Shown here: piece after piece, positions 8,295-15,661 of the stretch | Layout of the letters: each line of letters opens with the position of its first letter | Numbering within the stretch: the first letter of the stretch is position 1 | Source of the DNA: a virus | IMG/VR virus record: IMGVR_UViG_3300037245_003639 | DNA: 64,000 nt | Reading direction: 5' to 3' (one strand) | Translations under genes and position numbers: made by a program | The notes under the pieces: generated by a model | What the model was told of the DNA's origin: nothing | What the model saw: only the letters and a program-made list of their open reading frames with translations | The model's database searches: none

Positions 8295-9323
8295 TTAGTC
8301 CAAGGATTCCAGGAATTCCAGATGGTCGTCAATGGATTCGGGTTTTATCCACATATCGTAATCAGATTTATCCTTCATCCACGGTTCTTCATCTTTTACA
8401 CCATGAATGAGTTCCCGAATCTCGTCTGTGAAATCCAGCCGAATATATTTTTGAACAGGATCGTAAGAAACAACTCTGAGAACCACTCCTTCTTTAATGC
8501 TGTTGAAGAAGGTGCCGGTAAACATGTGAGGAACTTTCTCTGAAATTTGAGCAAAGAACGGCCCAGGGAAAAACTTGATCGGTTTTTTCACTTTGACAAG
8601 CGGGAATCGTTCCTTGTGGGCCATAGTCCACGTTAGCATGCGATTCTCTCGTTCTCGATGTTTCTTTTCAAAGTCCAAAGCGGCTTTCTTCCATTCTGTC
8701 TTGCTTTGATTGCCGGTCATACGAGTGTGATAAGCCCCCAAGATGAAACGCATACGCTTCTTGGACATGTTTTTGGCCTGTTCGACAGAGATGGTATCAG
8801 CGAAACGTTGATTGAAAACTTCGGTCATGTCATCCCATTTTTCCATGAACATCAAAGCGTTATCTCGTTCAAACCGAAACCAGTTGCTCTCTCGTTCTGT
8901 TTCCGCAAGTTCTTGCTCAATCCAACTTTCATCACGAGGGTCAAAGCCAATTTTCTGAATGAGACTTTCTAAGTTGTCTTGGGATTGTTGTGCCATTTCT
9001 TTCAGCCTTTTGTCTTTGATCTTAAGGGGGACTTCGTATCCCAATTCATGAGCGACTTCCAGAGCCTTTAATTGCACAGAAATCAAATCATATTGGAAAC
9101 GTTGTAGATTCTCAGGAGAACGAATATCATCAGGCAGAATCCAAAAGCATTCCAGTCCTGATAGTTCATTGTCTTGACATTCGAAGATAGGTATGTTTAC
9201 TATTGTTTCCCCTATTGGGGTTCGTTCGTATCTTAGGAATGTTGCTTTATCTTCTGTGAATCCTATCTCGCTATTGTAAACTATCAAAACTTCTTGTTTT
9301 GGTTCAAGTTTTCGTCTACTCAT
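8295..9323 (-). CDS. hypothetical protein
   Basis: 342-aa ORF, charged with coiled-coil-like segments. Confidence 0.5.
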   Translation of the reverse strand: MSRRKLEPKQEVLIVYNSEIGFTEDKATFLRYERTPIGETIVNIPIFECQDNELSGLECFWILPDDIRSPENLQRFQYDLISVQLKALEVAHELGYEVPLKIKDKRLKEMAQQSQDNLESLIQKIGFDPRDESWIEQELAETERESNWFRFERDNALMFMEKWDDMTEVFNQRFADTISVEQAKNMSKKRMRFILGAYHTRMTGNQSKTEWKKAALDFEKKHRERENRMLTWTMAHKERFPLVKVKKPIKFFPGPFFAQISEKVPHMFTGTFFNSIKEGVVLRVVSYDPVQKYIRLDFTDEIRELIHGVKDEEPWMKDKSDYDMWIKPESIDDHLEFLESLD

Positions 9324-9341
9324 TAAACATTATACCGCCGA

Positions 9342-9764
9342 TTACTCAATATCTTCTGTGACTAGCGCCAATTCTGCCATATATTCTTCGACAGCAGTGA
9401 TTAAATCTTCCAGAGAGTAAACGACTGGGACACCATGATATTCGCAATAACGTTCAATCTTTTCTTTACCTTTGACGGCTCCTTCTAAGCACATAACAAC
9501 TTGACCACCGCGACCCACGGCATCTCCAAATTCTAACAGTGTGGAATGTCCTTTCCATTCAGAATTCAAATAGAAAACGATAACAGCACATTTTTCTTGC
9601 ATAACTTGCAGTTGACGGGCAGTCTCGTTTGCTCGTTGGTCTTCGTCGAATTCATCGTATCCATCCACGATGGGATCAAAGACGGCGATGTCCTGTGAGA
9701 TTTCGTTTTTCAGTTTAGTGCGCCACGACATATCGGACAACCCACCAAGATATACGTCCCACAT
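9342..9764 (-). CDS. nucleoside 2-deoxyribosyltransferase-like protein
   Basis: N-terminal VYLGG...FDP plus a conserved acidic residue, as in the NDT/DNPH1 family. Confidence 0.4.
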   Translation of the reverse strand: MWDVYLGGLSDMSWRTKLKNEISQDIAVFDPIVDGYDEFDEDQRANETARQLQVMQEKCAVIVFYLNSEWKGHSTLLEFGDAVGRGGQVVMCLEGAVKGKEKIERYCEYHGVPVVYSLEDLITAVEEYMAELALVTEDIE

Positions 9765-9791
9765 CTCGTTCTCCTTTATAATGGATTTGAA

Positions 9792-9977
9792 TTAATTGTC
9801 CTTATCAGTTTTTGGTTTGTTTTTCCTTTGTTTCGGTTTTTTGATGAAGTGCGTACATAAAGGGCATCTTGCAGATAGGTGCTTCTCTGGTTCCAGTGCA
9901 TCATAATAATCACATAGCTGATCTGGAACCACTTCAAGCTGGCGCAATTCACAATACCCTTTGGTTGGCGACGGCAT
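9792..9977 (-). CDS. small zinc-ribbon protein
   Basis: 61 aa with CELRQ...CPLC. Confidence 0.25.
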   Translation of the reverse strand: MPSPTKGYCELRQLEVVPDQLCDYYDALEPEKHLSARCPLCTHFIKKPKQRKNKPKTDKDN

Positions 9978-10065
9978 TTACTCCTCCTTCCTCTATTCAA
10001 CCAACTGCCCGTGGCATCCTGCTCTGGATCGAGTCAAAATATTTCCGAGAAAAAAGAAAGGAATT

Positions 10066-10090
10066 GCTTGACATCTCTCGTATAATGGCA
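10066..10090 (+). promoter_or_regulatory. compact promoter-like motif GCTTGACATCTCTCGTATAATGG
   Basis: TTGACA and TATAAT hexamers only 7 nt apart; a near-identical 24-mer recurs at 21194. Confidence 0.45.
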
Positions 10091-10091
10091 T

Positions 10092-10293
10092 ATCTTTCTC
10101 GTGTCTCGTCGCGGTGGCGGGATACATGGAGAAGTAACGATGCTTTTGAATTCGTCCCACAACTCGTCAGCGGTTCACATCGCAGACAACGTGCGCATTA
10201 GCGTAGCCGCTAATTCCACGTAAGGTTGCAGGGCGAAATAAGGATTTTCGAGCCCTGCAACCCTAATCGGGAAGCAGGGCTTTTTTATTGGCA
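10092..10293 (+). ncRNA. putative small RNA or tRNA-array leader (paralog A)
   Basis: About 200 nt without an ORF between the promoter motif and the terminator AGCCCTGCAACC..GCAGGGCTTTTTT (10251..10287), with internal TTGCAGGGC/GCCCTGCAA hairpins. Confidence 0.35.
10251..10290 (+). terminator. intrinsic terminator
   Basis: GC-rich stem GCCCTGC..GCAGGGC followed by TTTTTTATT. Confidence 0.55.
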
Positions 10294-10319
10294 GATCGAT
10301 GTCGTAAAAGCTAAAATCA

Positions 10320-10391
10320 GGGCGCGTAGTTTAGAGGAAGAATGCTTCGTTTACACCGAAGAGGTCGCTGGTTCGAATCCAGCCGTGCCCA
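10320..10391 (+). tRNA. tRNA-Val(TAC)
   Basis: GGGCGCG...CTTCG TTTACAC CGAAG...GCTGGTTCGAATCCAGCCGTGCCCA. Confidence 0.7.
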
Positions 10392-10563
10392 GTATATAGC
10401 CTTATCTAGCACGGATGTAAAAGAATGTGGAATTACCTGAATAGACTATCTGACATTGATGAAGGGCAAGCCTGGAGATTGTTGTGTGTGTTGTCGTTTG
10501 TCACAGGGATGGTCGCATGTAACTCTCTGTGGTTATTAGTCCTTTGATCCTGGGTGGGTTTTA

Positions 10564-10625
10564 GGGTGCGTGGCTCAGCTCGTGCTTGGCCGAAAAGATC
10601 GTGGGTTCGAATCCCACCTCGCCCA
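10564..10625 (+). pseudogene. truncated tRNA-like element (about 62 nt)
   Basis: Acceptor GGGTGCG/CTCGCCC and T arm GTGGGTTCGAATCCCAC are present, but only about 30 nt lie between them, so the D and anticodon arms are incomplete. Confidence 0.4.
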
Positions 10626-10636
10626 TTAGTGAAACA

Positions 10637-10849
10637 ATGAAACGCAGAATTGAAGTCCGAAAGAAACCTGATGGCAGTGTGGATGAAGTCCTGCTTTACA
10701 TCGATGACGAGTGCGTAATGCACCTGGAGTACATGGACGACAATAAGATTTGGATTGGTCTGTATGACGGCAGAGACTATCCCACTCACGTAAGAATGGG
10801 AAGCGCCAAGCCAATCCAGACTGTGGTTGAAGACGGAAACGAAGAATGA
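10637..10849 (+). CDS. hypothetical protein
   Basis: Start trimmed to MKRRIEV downstream of the tRNA-like element. Confidence 0.4.
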   Translation: MKRRIEVRKKPDGSVDEVLLYIDDECVMHLEYMDDNKIWIGLYDGRDYPTHVRMGSAKPIQTVVEDGNEE

Positions 10850-11043
10850 AAATCGGTGATACAGTTTACGTCTTGGCAAAGGAAGACGGAACGATACTTG
10901 GCGACGGTGATGGGTTGGTGATGTCCGAAGTCGAGTTGATTGTTAAAAATGAGCTTGCTCTTAATGATAAATATTTAGGAGCCCTCAATCAATGTGATAT
11001 GTCAGAAGTCACAGTGGAGACAGTGATACTGACAAAAGTTTGA
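10846..11043 (+). CDS. hypothetical protein
   Basis: 65 aa, coupled to the upstream gene through an ATGA overlap. Confidence 0.35.
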   Translation: MKIGDTVYVLAKEDGTILGDGDGLVMSEVELIVKNELALNDKYLGALNQCDMSEVTVETVILTKV

Positions 11044-11049
11044 TCTAGA

Positions 11050-11121
11050 TCCGAGGTAGCACAACGGTAGTGCGTCGCACTGTTAATGCGATGGTTGCTG
11101 GTTCGAATCCAGCCCTCGGAG
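11050..11121 (+). tRNA. tRNA-Asn(GTT)
   Basis: TCCGAGGTAGCACAACGGTAGTGC TCGCA CTGTTAA TGCGA...GCTGGTTCGAATCCAGCCCTCGGAG. Confidence 0.7.
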
Positions 11122-11135
11122 TTTGAGAGTCGATC

Positions 11136-11209
11136 TCATCGGTAGCTCAGTTGGCCAGAGCACTTGGCTGTTAACCAGGGTGTCGCGGGTTCGAATCCCG
11201 TCCGGTGAG
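11136..11209 (+). tRNA. tRNA-Asn(GTT), second copy
   Basis: TCATCGGTAGCTCAGTTGGCCAGAGC CTTGG CTGTTAA CCAGG...GCGGGTTCGAATCCCGTCCGGTGAG. Confidence 0.6.
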
Positions 11210-11355
11210 CTTCACCCGAAAGGGTGCGAAGAGATCTTTGATAACTTAAAAGCGACGTTTTGTTTTGGCTGCGGCAGACCACAACCAGAAGGTATAATGG
11301 ACTGCCAATGCGAAAATGACGAATAACGGAAGCGACCACCTATCGCTTCCGCTAA

Positions 11356-11429
11356 GGGCGTTTGGCTCAGTTGGTTAGAGCGCATCCTTCACACGGATGA
11401 GATCACAGGTTCAAATCCTGTAACGCCCA
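11356..11429 (+). tRNA. tRNA-Val(CAC)
   Basis: GGGCGTTTGGCTCAGTTGGTTAGAGC CATCC TTCACAC GGATG...ACAGGTTCAAATCCTGTAACGCCCA. Confidence 0.75.
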
Positions 11430-11431
11430 TT

Positions 11432-11653
11432 ATGAGAGATGCAATTGTCGAAATTCTGAAATCAGGCACGGGTTGCGGAGTAGAATTCGCTGCAATGCTG
11501 TTTGTTCATCAACTGGAAGATGGGCGGTTTCGGGTTGGTTGCGAGGGAGATCACGATGAGTGGATCTTTCATAATGCAGAAATGGCCGCTATCTGCTTCT
11601 TGAATAAAAGAAGAGAGAAAGGGCTGGGATTTGATTTTGAAACGGGCGCGTAG
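11432..11653 (+). CDS. hypothetical protein
   Basis: 73-aa ORF between tRNAs. Confidence 0.35.
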   Translation: MRDAIVEILKSGTGCGVEFAAMLFVHQLEDGRFRVGCEGDHDEWIFHNAEMAAICFLNKRREKGLGFDFETGA

Positions 11654-11717
11654 CGCAGTTGGTTAGCGCACTTCGGTGACATCGAAGGGGTCGTGAGTTC
11701 AAGTCTCACCGTGCCCA
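11644..11717 (+). tRNA. tRNA-Val(GAC)
   Basis: GGGCGCGTAGCGCAGTTGGTTAGCGC CTTCG GTGACAT CGAAG...GTGAGTTCAAGTCTCACCGTGCCCA. Confidence 0.75.
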
Positions 11718-11929
11718 TTACGACATACCTTCACGCTAGTTGCTATGCAGCAAGCCGGAGGCAGCGGTCCTGGCGGGTGAACCTAACCTGTTACTCTACC
11801 GTCAGGTAAGATTACATCATGGAGTAAGGGACTGGTAACAGAGACGCCTTATTATCATGGTGCCGCTATGAAAGTCGTAACTTTTGCCGAGTGGTCTTAC
11901 CCTGAGCCCGACAGACTGCTTGGCAATTT

Positions 11930-12003
11930 GGGAGCGTAGCTCAGTTGGTTAGAGCAATTCGCTGATAACGAATAGGTCAGTGGTTCGACTCCACTCGTTC
12001 CCA
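11930..12003 (+). tRNA. tRNA-Ile(GAT)
   Basis: GGGAGCGTAGCTCAGTTGGTTAGAGC ATTCG CTGATAA CGAAT...AGTGGTTCGACTCCACTCGTTCCCA. Confidence 0.75.
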
Positions 12004-12173
12004 TTTTATCTGCATTTTCCTTGACAAAAGAACGATGACCAACCTGGCTTGGCAACGAGTATTTGAGGAAATGCGGAAATGCGTTCTTACTTGTTGTCGA
12101 TGTCACAGAGAAATTGAGTACAGGATAATTCCCGCAAAGAAAGTCACAGCCGTTTATCGCGAAAGGCAGATCG

Positions 12174-12479
12174 ATGAAACTGATGGTTGAATTAGAAGGA
12201 ACGGGATTTCCTCCTCCTTCGTCATTTGATGGACTTGAATTTGAACAGCGCAACATAAAAGAAAAACGAGATGGAAAACCAGATGGAGGGTTTTCGTTTG
12301 TCGGTTATGTCGTAATTTCTCTCGGGAGCGCTGCAAGCGGTGTAATAGGCAATTACATCTTTGCCTGGTTGAGAAGTCCAGGAGCAAAAGTGATGAGTCT
12401 CAAAATTGAAGGGGAGCGCATAAACCCTGATGATGTAGACGCCATAGCTGACGCAGTAAAAAAGAGACTCACACAGTAA
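12174..12479 (+). CDS. hypothetical protein
   Basis: 101 aa with a Gly-rich hydrophobic segment; sits between a complete tRNA-Ile and a tRNA 3' fragment. Confidence 0.4.
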   Translation: MKLMVELEGTGFPPPSSFDGLEFEQRNIKEKRDGKPDGGFSFVGYVVISLGSAASGVIGNYIFAWLRSPGAKVMSLKIEGERINPDDVDAIADAVKKRLTQ

Positions 12480-12486
12480 GGATGAA

Positions 12487-12514
12487 GTCGTTGGTTCGAC
12501 TCCAACCGTTCCCA
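12487..12514 (+). repeat. tRNA 3' fragment (T arm + acceptor), paralogous to the tRNA-Ile 3' end
   Basis: GTCGTTGGTTCGACTCCAACCGTTCCCA versus GTCAGTGGTTCGACTCCACTCGTTCCCA in tRNA-Ile, with compensatory changes in the T stem. Confidence 0.5.
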
Positions 12515-12621
12515 TTCGAGGTGAAAGATGTCTGGATGGTGGTATGTAGGAATCGCGCTGGTGGTAGTTGTAGCCCTGGTAGCTAAATGGCTATGGAACC
12601 AAATCATCAGCATCGATTAGA

Positions 12622-12693
12622 TGGCTCGTGGTCTACTGGTTACGACGCTTCCCTGATAAGGAAGAGAAGATGGTTCAATTCCATTCGAGCCAA
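12622..12693 (+). tRNA. tRNA-Ile(GAT)-like, second copy
   Basis: TGGCTCG...CTTCC CTGATAA GGAAG...GATGGTTCAATTCCATTCGAGCCAA, with a T1-A72 first pair. Confidence 0.5.
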
Positions 12694-12695
12694 TT

Positions 12696-12857
12696 TGACA
12701 GGTGGTCTAATACCGCAAGGACATGTGAGACATGCAAAAGCAGCTATCTTGGATAGGTGTCCCGTAAAATTCTAGATCTCGATACGGGTGAATCGCTCTT
12801 GCTGGGGAAAGATGGCATCTACCGGTGTCGATGTGGGTTCGAATCCCATCCTGTCAT
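12696..12857 (+). pseudogene. tRNA-like with about 80-nt internal insertion (disrupted or intron-bearing)
   Basis: 5' TGACAGGTGGTCTAATACC... and 3' ...GTGGGTTCGAATCCCATCCTGTCA halves pair as an acceptor stem but lie about 160 nt apart. Confidence 0.25.
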
Positions 12858-12860
12858 TTT

Positions 12861-12933
12861 GGGGCAGTAGCTCAGTTGGGAGAGCGCCGTCTTCGCAAGG
12901 CGGAGGTTGCGGGTTCGAATCCCGTCTGCTCCA
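12861..12933 (+). tRNA. tRNA-Ala(CGC)
   Basis: GGGGCAGTAGCTCAGTTGGGAGAGC CCGTC TTCGCAA GGCGG...GCGGGTTCGAATCCCGTCTGCTCCA, with the G3:U70 Ala identity pair. Confidence 0.75.
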
Positions 12934-12935
12934 TT

Positions 12936-13100
12936 GGGTCGGTGGCTTAATTGGTAGAGCGTGCCGTGCAGAAAGGCAAGTCGGTCATAGATGCCTAAGC
13001 CCAGGGTTAAAAGTGTATCTTAGGTGTACCCGACATGACTGGAGAACAGTCTTTAGGCAGACCTGTGGCAAGAGTATGGGTTCGAATCCCGTCCGATCCA
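12936..13100 (+). tRNA. tRNA-Ala-like with about 90-nt insertion (putative intron)
   Basis: Acceptor GGGTCGG/CCGATCC with G3:U70, D arm TGGCTTAATTGGTAGAGC and T arm ATGGGTTCGAATCCCGT are all present, but the anticodon region is interrupted by about 90 extra nt. Confidence 0.35.
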
Positions 13101-13104
13101 TTAG

Positions 13105-13311
13105 GTGAATGAAATGGTTGTATATTGCGATTGTCCGTGCCATAAACCAGGAGCGACAATACTTCACTTTGATGCCTGCTGTAGTCTTTGTCCAAAATGT
13201 GGCAAGGGTATTGTTCGTGGTTTCAAGGAACATTTTGGAACCTGCACGGGTGAGTTGCTTAACAAAGTGAAACGAAAGAGAAGGCAAAAACCAGAACCGC
13301 CTTGGGTATAA
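13105..13311 (+). CDS. Cys-rich small protein
   Basis: 68 aa with CDCPCH...CSLCPKCG. Confidence 0.4.
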   Translation: MNEMVVYCDCPCHKPGATILHFDACCSLCPKCGKGIVRGFKEHFGTCTGELLNKVKRKRRQKPEPPWV

Positions 13312-13315
13312 ATTT

Positions 13316-13388
<73 letters not shown>

Positions 13389-13390
13389 TT

Positions 13391-13672
13391 ATGAAAGAGA
13401 AAACCCTGACAGAAGTATGGACGGAATTAGACCACTGGATTTACATGCATCAAGATGGCGGCATAGTATATGACAATCACGCTCAGAATTCGTTTGAGCA
13501 AGCCGGTGGAGATTTCGATACGCTGATACTGGCTATTGAAGATCATATTGTGCAAGATGACGATGACAAGGAAGTTATAGATTGGCCGTCTGTCGAAACA
13601 ACGTATGAGCATATGGTTCAACAACCTGAGTGGACCGACAAGGATTGGAAATTCAATCCTGATTGGTTTTGA
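13391..13672 (+). CDS. hypothetical acidic protein
   Basis: Start trimmed to MKEKTLTEVW after the tRNA. Confidence 0.4.
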   Translation: MKEKTLTEVWTELDHWIYMHQDGGIVYDNHAQNSFEQAGGDFDTLILAIEDHIVQDDDDKEVIDWPSVETTYEHMVQQPEWTDKDWKFNPDWF

Positions 13673-13676
13673 GTTT

Positions 13677-13748
13677 GGGGCAGTAGCTCAATGGGAGAGC
13701 ATCGCGTTTGCAACGCGGAGGTTGAGGGTTCGAATCCCTTCTGCTCCA
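13677..13748 (+). tRNA. tRNA-Ala(TGC)
   Basis: GGGGCAGTAGCTCAATGGGAGAGC TCGCG TTTGCAA CGCGG...GAGGGTTCGAATCCCTTCTGCTCCA, with G3:U70. Confidence 0.75.
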
Positions 13749-13761
13749 TTAGGAGATTGAG

Positions 13762-13995
13762 ATGATTTTAGGACGCAATCCTAATCCTGGCCGCGTTTTA
13801 ATGGACATCGCTGATGATGCTGAATTGCGAGGTTTCCTTGATGCTGGGCGGATTCGACATGCTCAGCGAACGGGCAACTGGCCTGAGCATTTGAAACCTG
13901 GTCGGCTTATCATGCGGCTGCCAGAAGATGTTCGTAATATTCTAAAACAACTGCGGTCGAGTGACTTGACAAAGGCTCGGTATCCGTTACACTGA
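13762..13995 (+). CDS. hypothetical protein
   Basis: 77-aa ORF. Confidence 0.35.
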   Translation: MILGRNPNPGRVLMDIADDAELRGFLDAGRIRHAQRTGNWPEHLKPGRLIMRLPEDVRNILKQLRSSDLTKARYPLH

Positions 13996-14003
13996 AATAG
14001 ATT

Positions 14004-14094
14004 GGATAGGCTGGATTCCCATTGGTGCGGGACACTTGATTGCTAATCAAGGGATCGTTTCGGCGGTTTAAGAGTTCGAATCTCTTCCTATCCG
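14004..14094 (+). tRNA. tRNA-Ser(GCT)
   Basis: Class II tRNA: GGATAGG...CTTGA TTGCTAA TCAAG, long variable arm, AAGAGTTCGAATCTCTTCCTATCCG. Confidence 0.65.
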
Positions 14095-14096
14095 TT

Positions 14097-14702
14097 ATGG
14101 TGATAATCGAGGTCCATAGTGCTCAGTCGATATTGACGGCTTCGCCGCAAGTCCCGCACGTCATCATTTCGATATCAGACAAGCCCGAGAGTTTGCCTGA
14201 TATCCAACAGAATGAGCACTGCAAGGGACTGTTACAACTCTGCTTTCACGATGTAGACAAAGACTTTCGGAGATTCAAAACGATTTCCGATGAGCAGGCT
14301 CAGGAAGCAGTGGATTTCATTCAGTCTCATATCGGGATTGACCTAATCATCTGCCAATGCGATGCTGGGATCAGCCGTAGTTCTGGAATGGCGGCAGCGA
14401 TAGCCAAGGCATTCAACGGTGATGATGAGCAATTTTTCAGACGATACATGCCAAACACAGCAGTGTATCGAAAAGTATTGGTAAAGCTTCAGGAGATTAC
14501 AATGTCTGGGTGTAAGCACAATTGGATCGTTTACTCCACGGCGGTTGTAGATGCCACAATCCTTGTAGAATGCAGCAAATGCAAGGAACGTGGTGGAATC
14601 CTCCGAAAGGATTCTACCGAGCAGGATTGGAAAGATGCATTCACTGCACCTTCCGATCCGTATCCACTGAGGGAAGATCTTTATCCCTTTGTGCAAACTT
14701 AG
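14097..14702 (+). CDS. dual-specificity/tyrosine phosphatase-like protein with C-terminal zinc ribbon
   Basis: CX5R active-site signature CDAGISRS (HC-x-AG-xx-RS pattern); C-terminal CKHNW...CSKCKERGG. Confidence 0.45.
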   Translation: MVIIEVHSAQSILTASPQVPHVIISISDKPESLPDIQQNEHCKGLLQLCFHDVDKDFRRFKTISDEQAQEAVDFIQSHIGIDLIICQCDAGISRSSGMAAAIAKAFNGDDEQFFRRYMPNTAVYRKVLVKLQEITMSGCKHNWIVYSTAVVDATILVECSKCKERGGILRKDSTEQDWKDAFTAPSDPYPLREDLYPFVQT

Positions 14703-14791
14703 GATGGACTAGCCGACAGTTGGCGACGGCACCGGATTTGAAATTCGGCGAGGCTTCACCGCCCTTGTGGGTTCGACCCCCACTCCATCCG
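14702..14791 (+). tRNA. tRNA-Ser(TGA)
   Basis: GGATGGA...CCGGA TTTGAAA TTCGG, long variable arm, GTGGGTTCGACCCCCACTCCATCCG. Confidence 0.65.
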
Positions 14792-14825
14792 TTACAAAAG
14801 GCCGAAGCATTTGGATGGATTTGTT

Positions 14826-15269
14826 ATGATAAATGAACTACTAATCGCATTGGGCCGCATCGCAGAGCTTCCAGACAACTGTGGCGGAGGTTGCGGACAA
14901 GGTTGTTGTGGTTGCATCGGTAGAGCAATCGCAATTGCTCAAATTGAACTGGATAAACCCGATAGAGAAGTTGAAGCTCCACCTCAACCTGTTTGGAAAT
15001 GTCTAATTTGCGAACAGGTAGTTGAAGTAGAACATCCAGGTGATGACTCTAAAGCTTGCTGGCCCAACGTTGTTGGTGGTCATGTCGAAGTGACTTTTGG
15101 CTATGGTAGCATTTTTGACCAGTGTCAAAACAGCGGTCGGGAGACTTACCAAGGATGCATCTGTGATGAATGTGTCAAAAAGAAAGGTAAATTACTCAGG
15201 CGAGTCAGAGGACATCGTTCTGCTCGATGGGAAATTTTGCCAAATGATTTGGACGAATGCAGAGGATAG
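14826..15269 (+). CDS. Cys-rich hypothetical protein
   Basis: Start trimmed to MINELL; contains CGGGCGQGCCGC and further cysteines. Confidence 0.4.
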   Translation: MINELLIALGRIAELPDNCGGGCGQGCCGCIGRAIAIAQIELDKPDREVEAPPQPVWKCLICEQVVEVEHPGDDSKACWPNVVGGHVEVTFGYGSIFDQCQNSGRETYQGCICDECVKKKGKLLRRVRGHRSARWEILPNDLDECRG

Positions 15270-15352
15270 ACTGTCCTGATTGGTGCCAGGTGCCTGATTG
15301 GAAATCAGGTGGGGGCGCAAGCCTCCTGTCGGTTCGAATCCGACTCTATCCG
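15264..15352 (+). tRNA. tRNA-Ser(GGA)
   Basis: GGATAGA...CCTGA TTGGAAA TCAGG, long variable arm, TCGGTTCGAATCCGACTCTATCCG. Confidence 0.65.
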
Positions 15353-15367
15353 TTTGGGGAGAAAAAT

Positions 15368-15532
15368 ATGCATCATAAACGTAAGCGGGCTCGGAATTCG
15401 CGAGCCGGATGTAAGATGTGTAAATTTTGGAAAGTGAATGGATTTCGAACTGGAAGAACAGAAGGTGAAAAACATTCCGACCATGTGAGACGAAAAACAG
15501 CGAATCAAGAAGTCAAAAACGAAACGTCGTAA
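15368..15532 (+). CDS. small basic protein
   Basis: MHHKRKRARNSRAGCKMCKF..., Lys/Arg-rich. Confidence 0.3.
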   Translation: MHHKRKRARNSRAGCKMCKFWKVNGFRTGRTEGEKHSDHVRRKTANQEVKNETS

Positions 15533-15537
15533 TCCTT

Positions 15538-15624
15538 GGAGAGTAGGGGGCATTGGTGCCCAACGGGTCTCGAAAGCCCGCCCAGACCATTACGCGTCTG
15601 ACCGTTCGATTCGGTTACTCTCCG
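15538..15624 (+). tRNA. tRNA-Ser(CGA)
   Basis: GGAGAGT...CGGGT CTCGAAA GCCCG, long variable arm, CCGTTCGATTCGGTTACTCTCCG. Confidence 0.6.
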
Positions 15625-15661
15625 TTAACTAACATTTCTACTTGCATCTCCCATCAACATT

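Noticed and set aside
12788-13108. 106-aa + ORF spanning several tRNA genes
   Set aside because: Its translation is just tRNA T-arm sequence read as GSNP/GFESR repeats; an artefact of ORF calling across the tRNA array.
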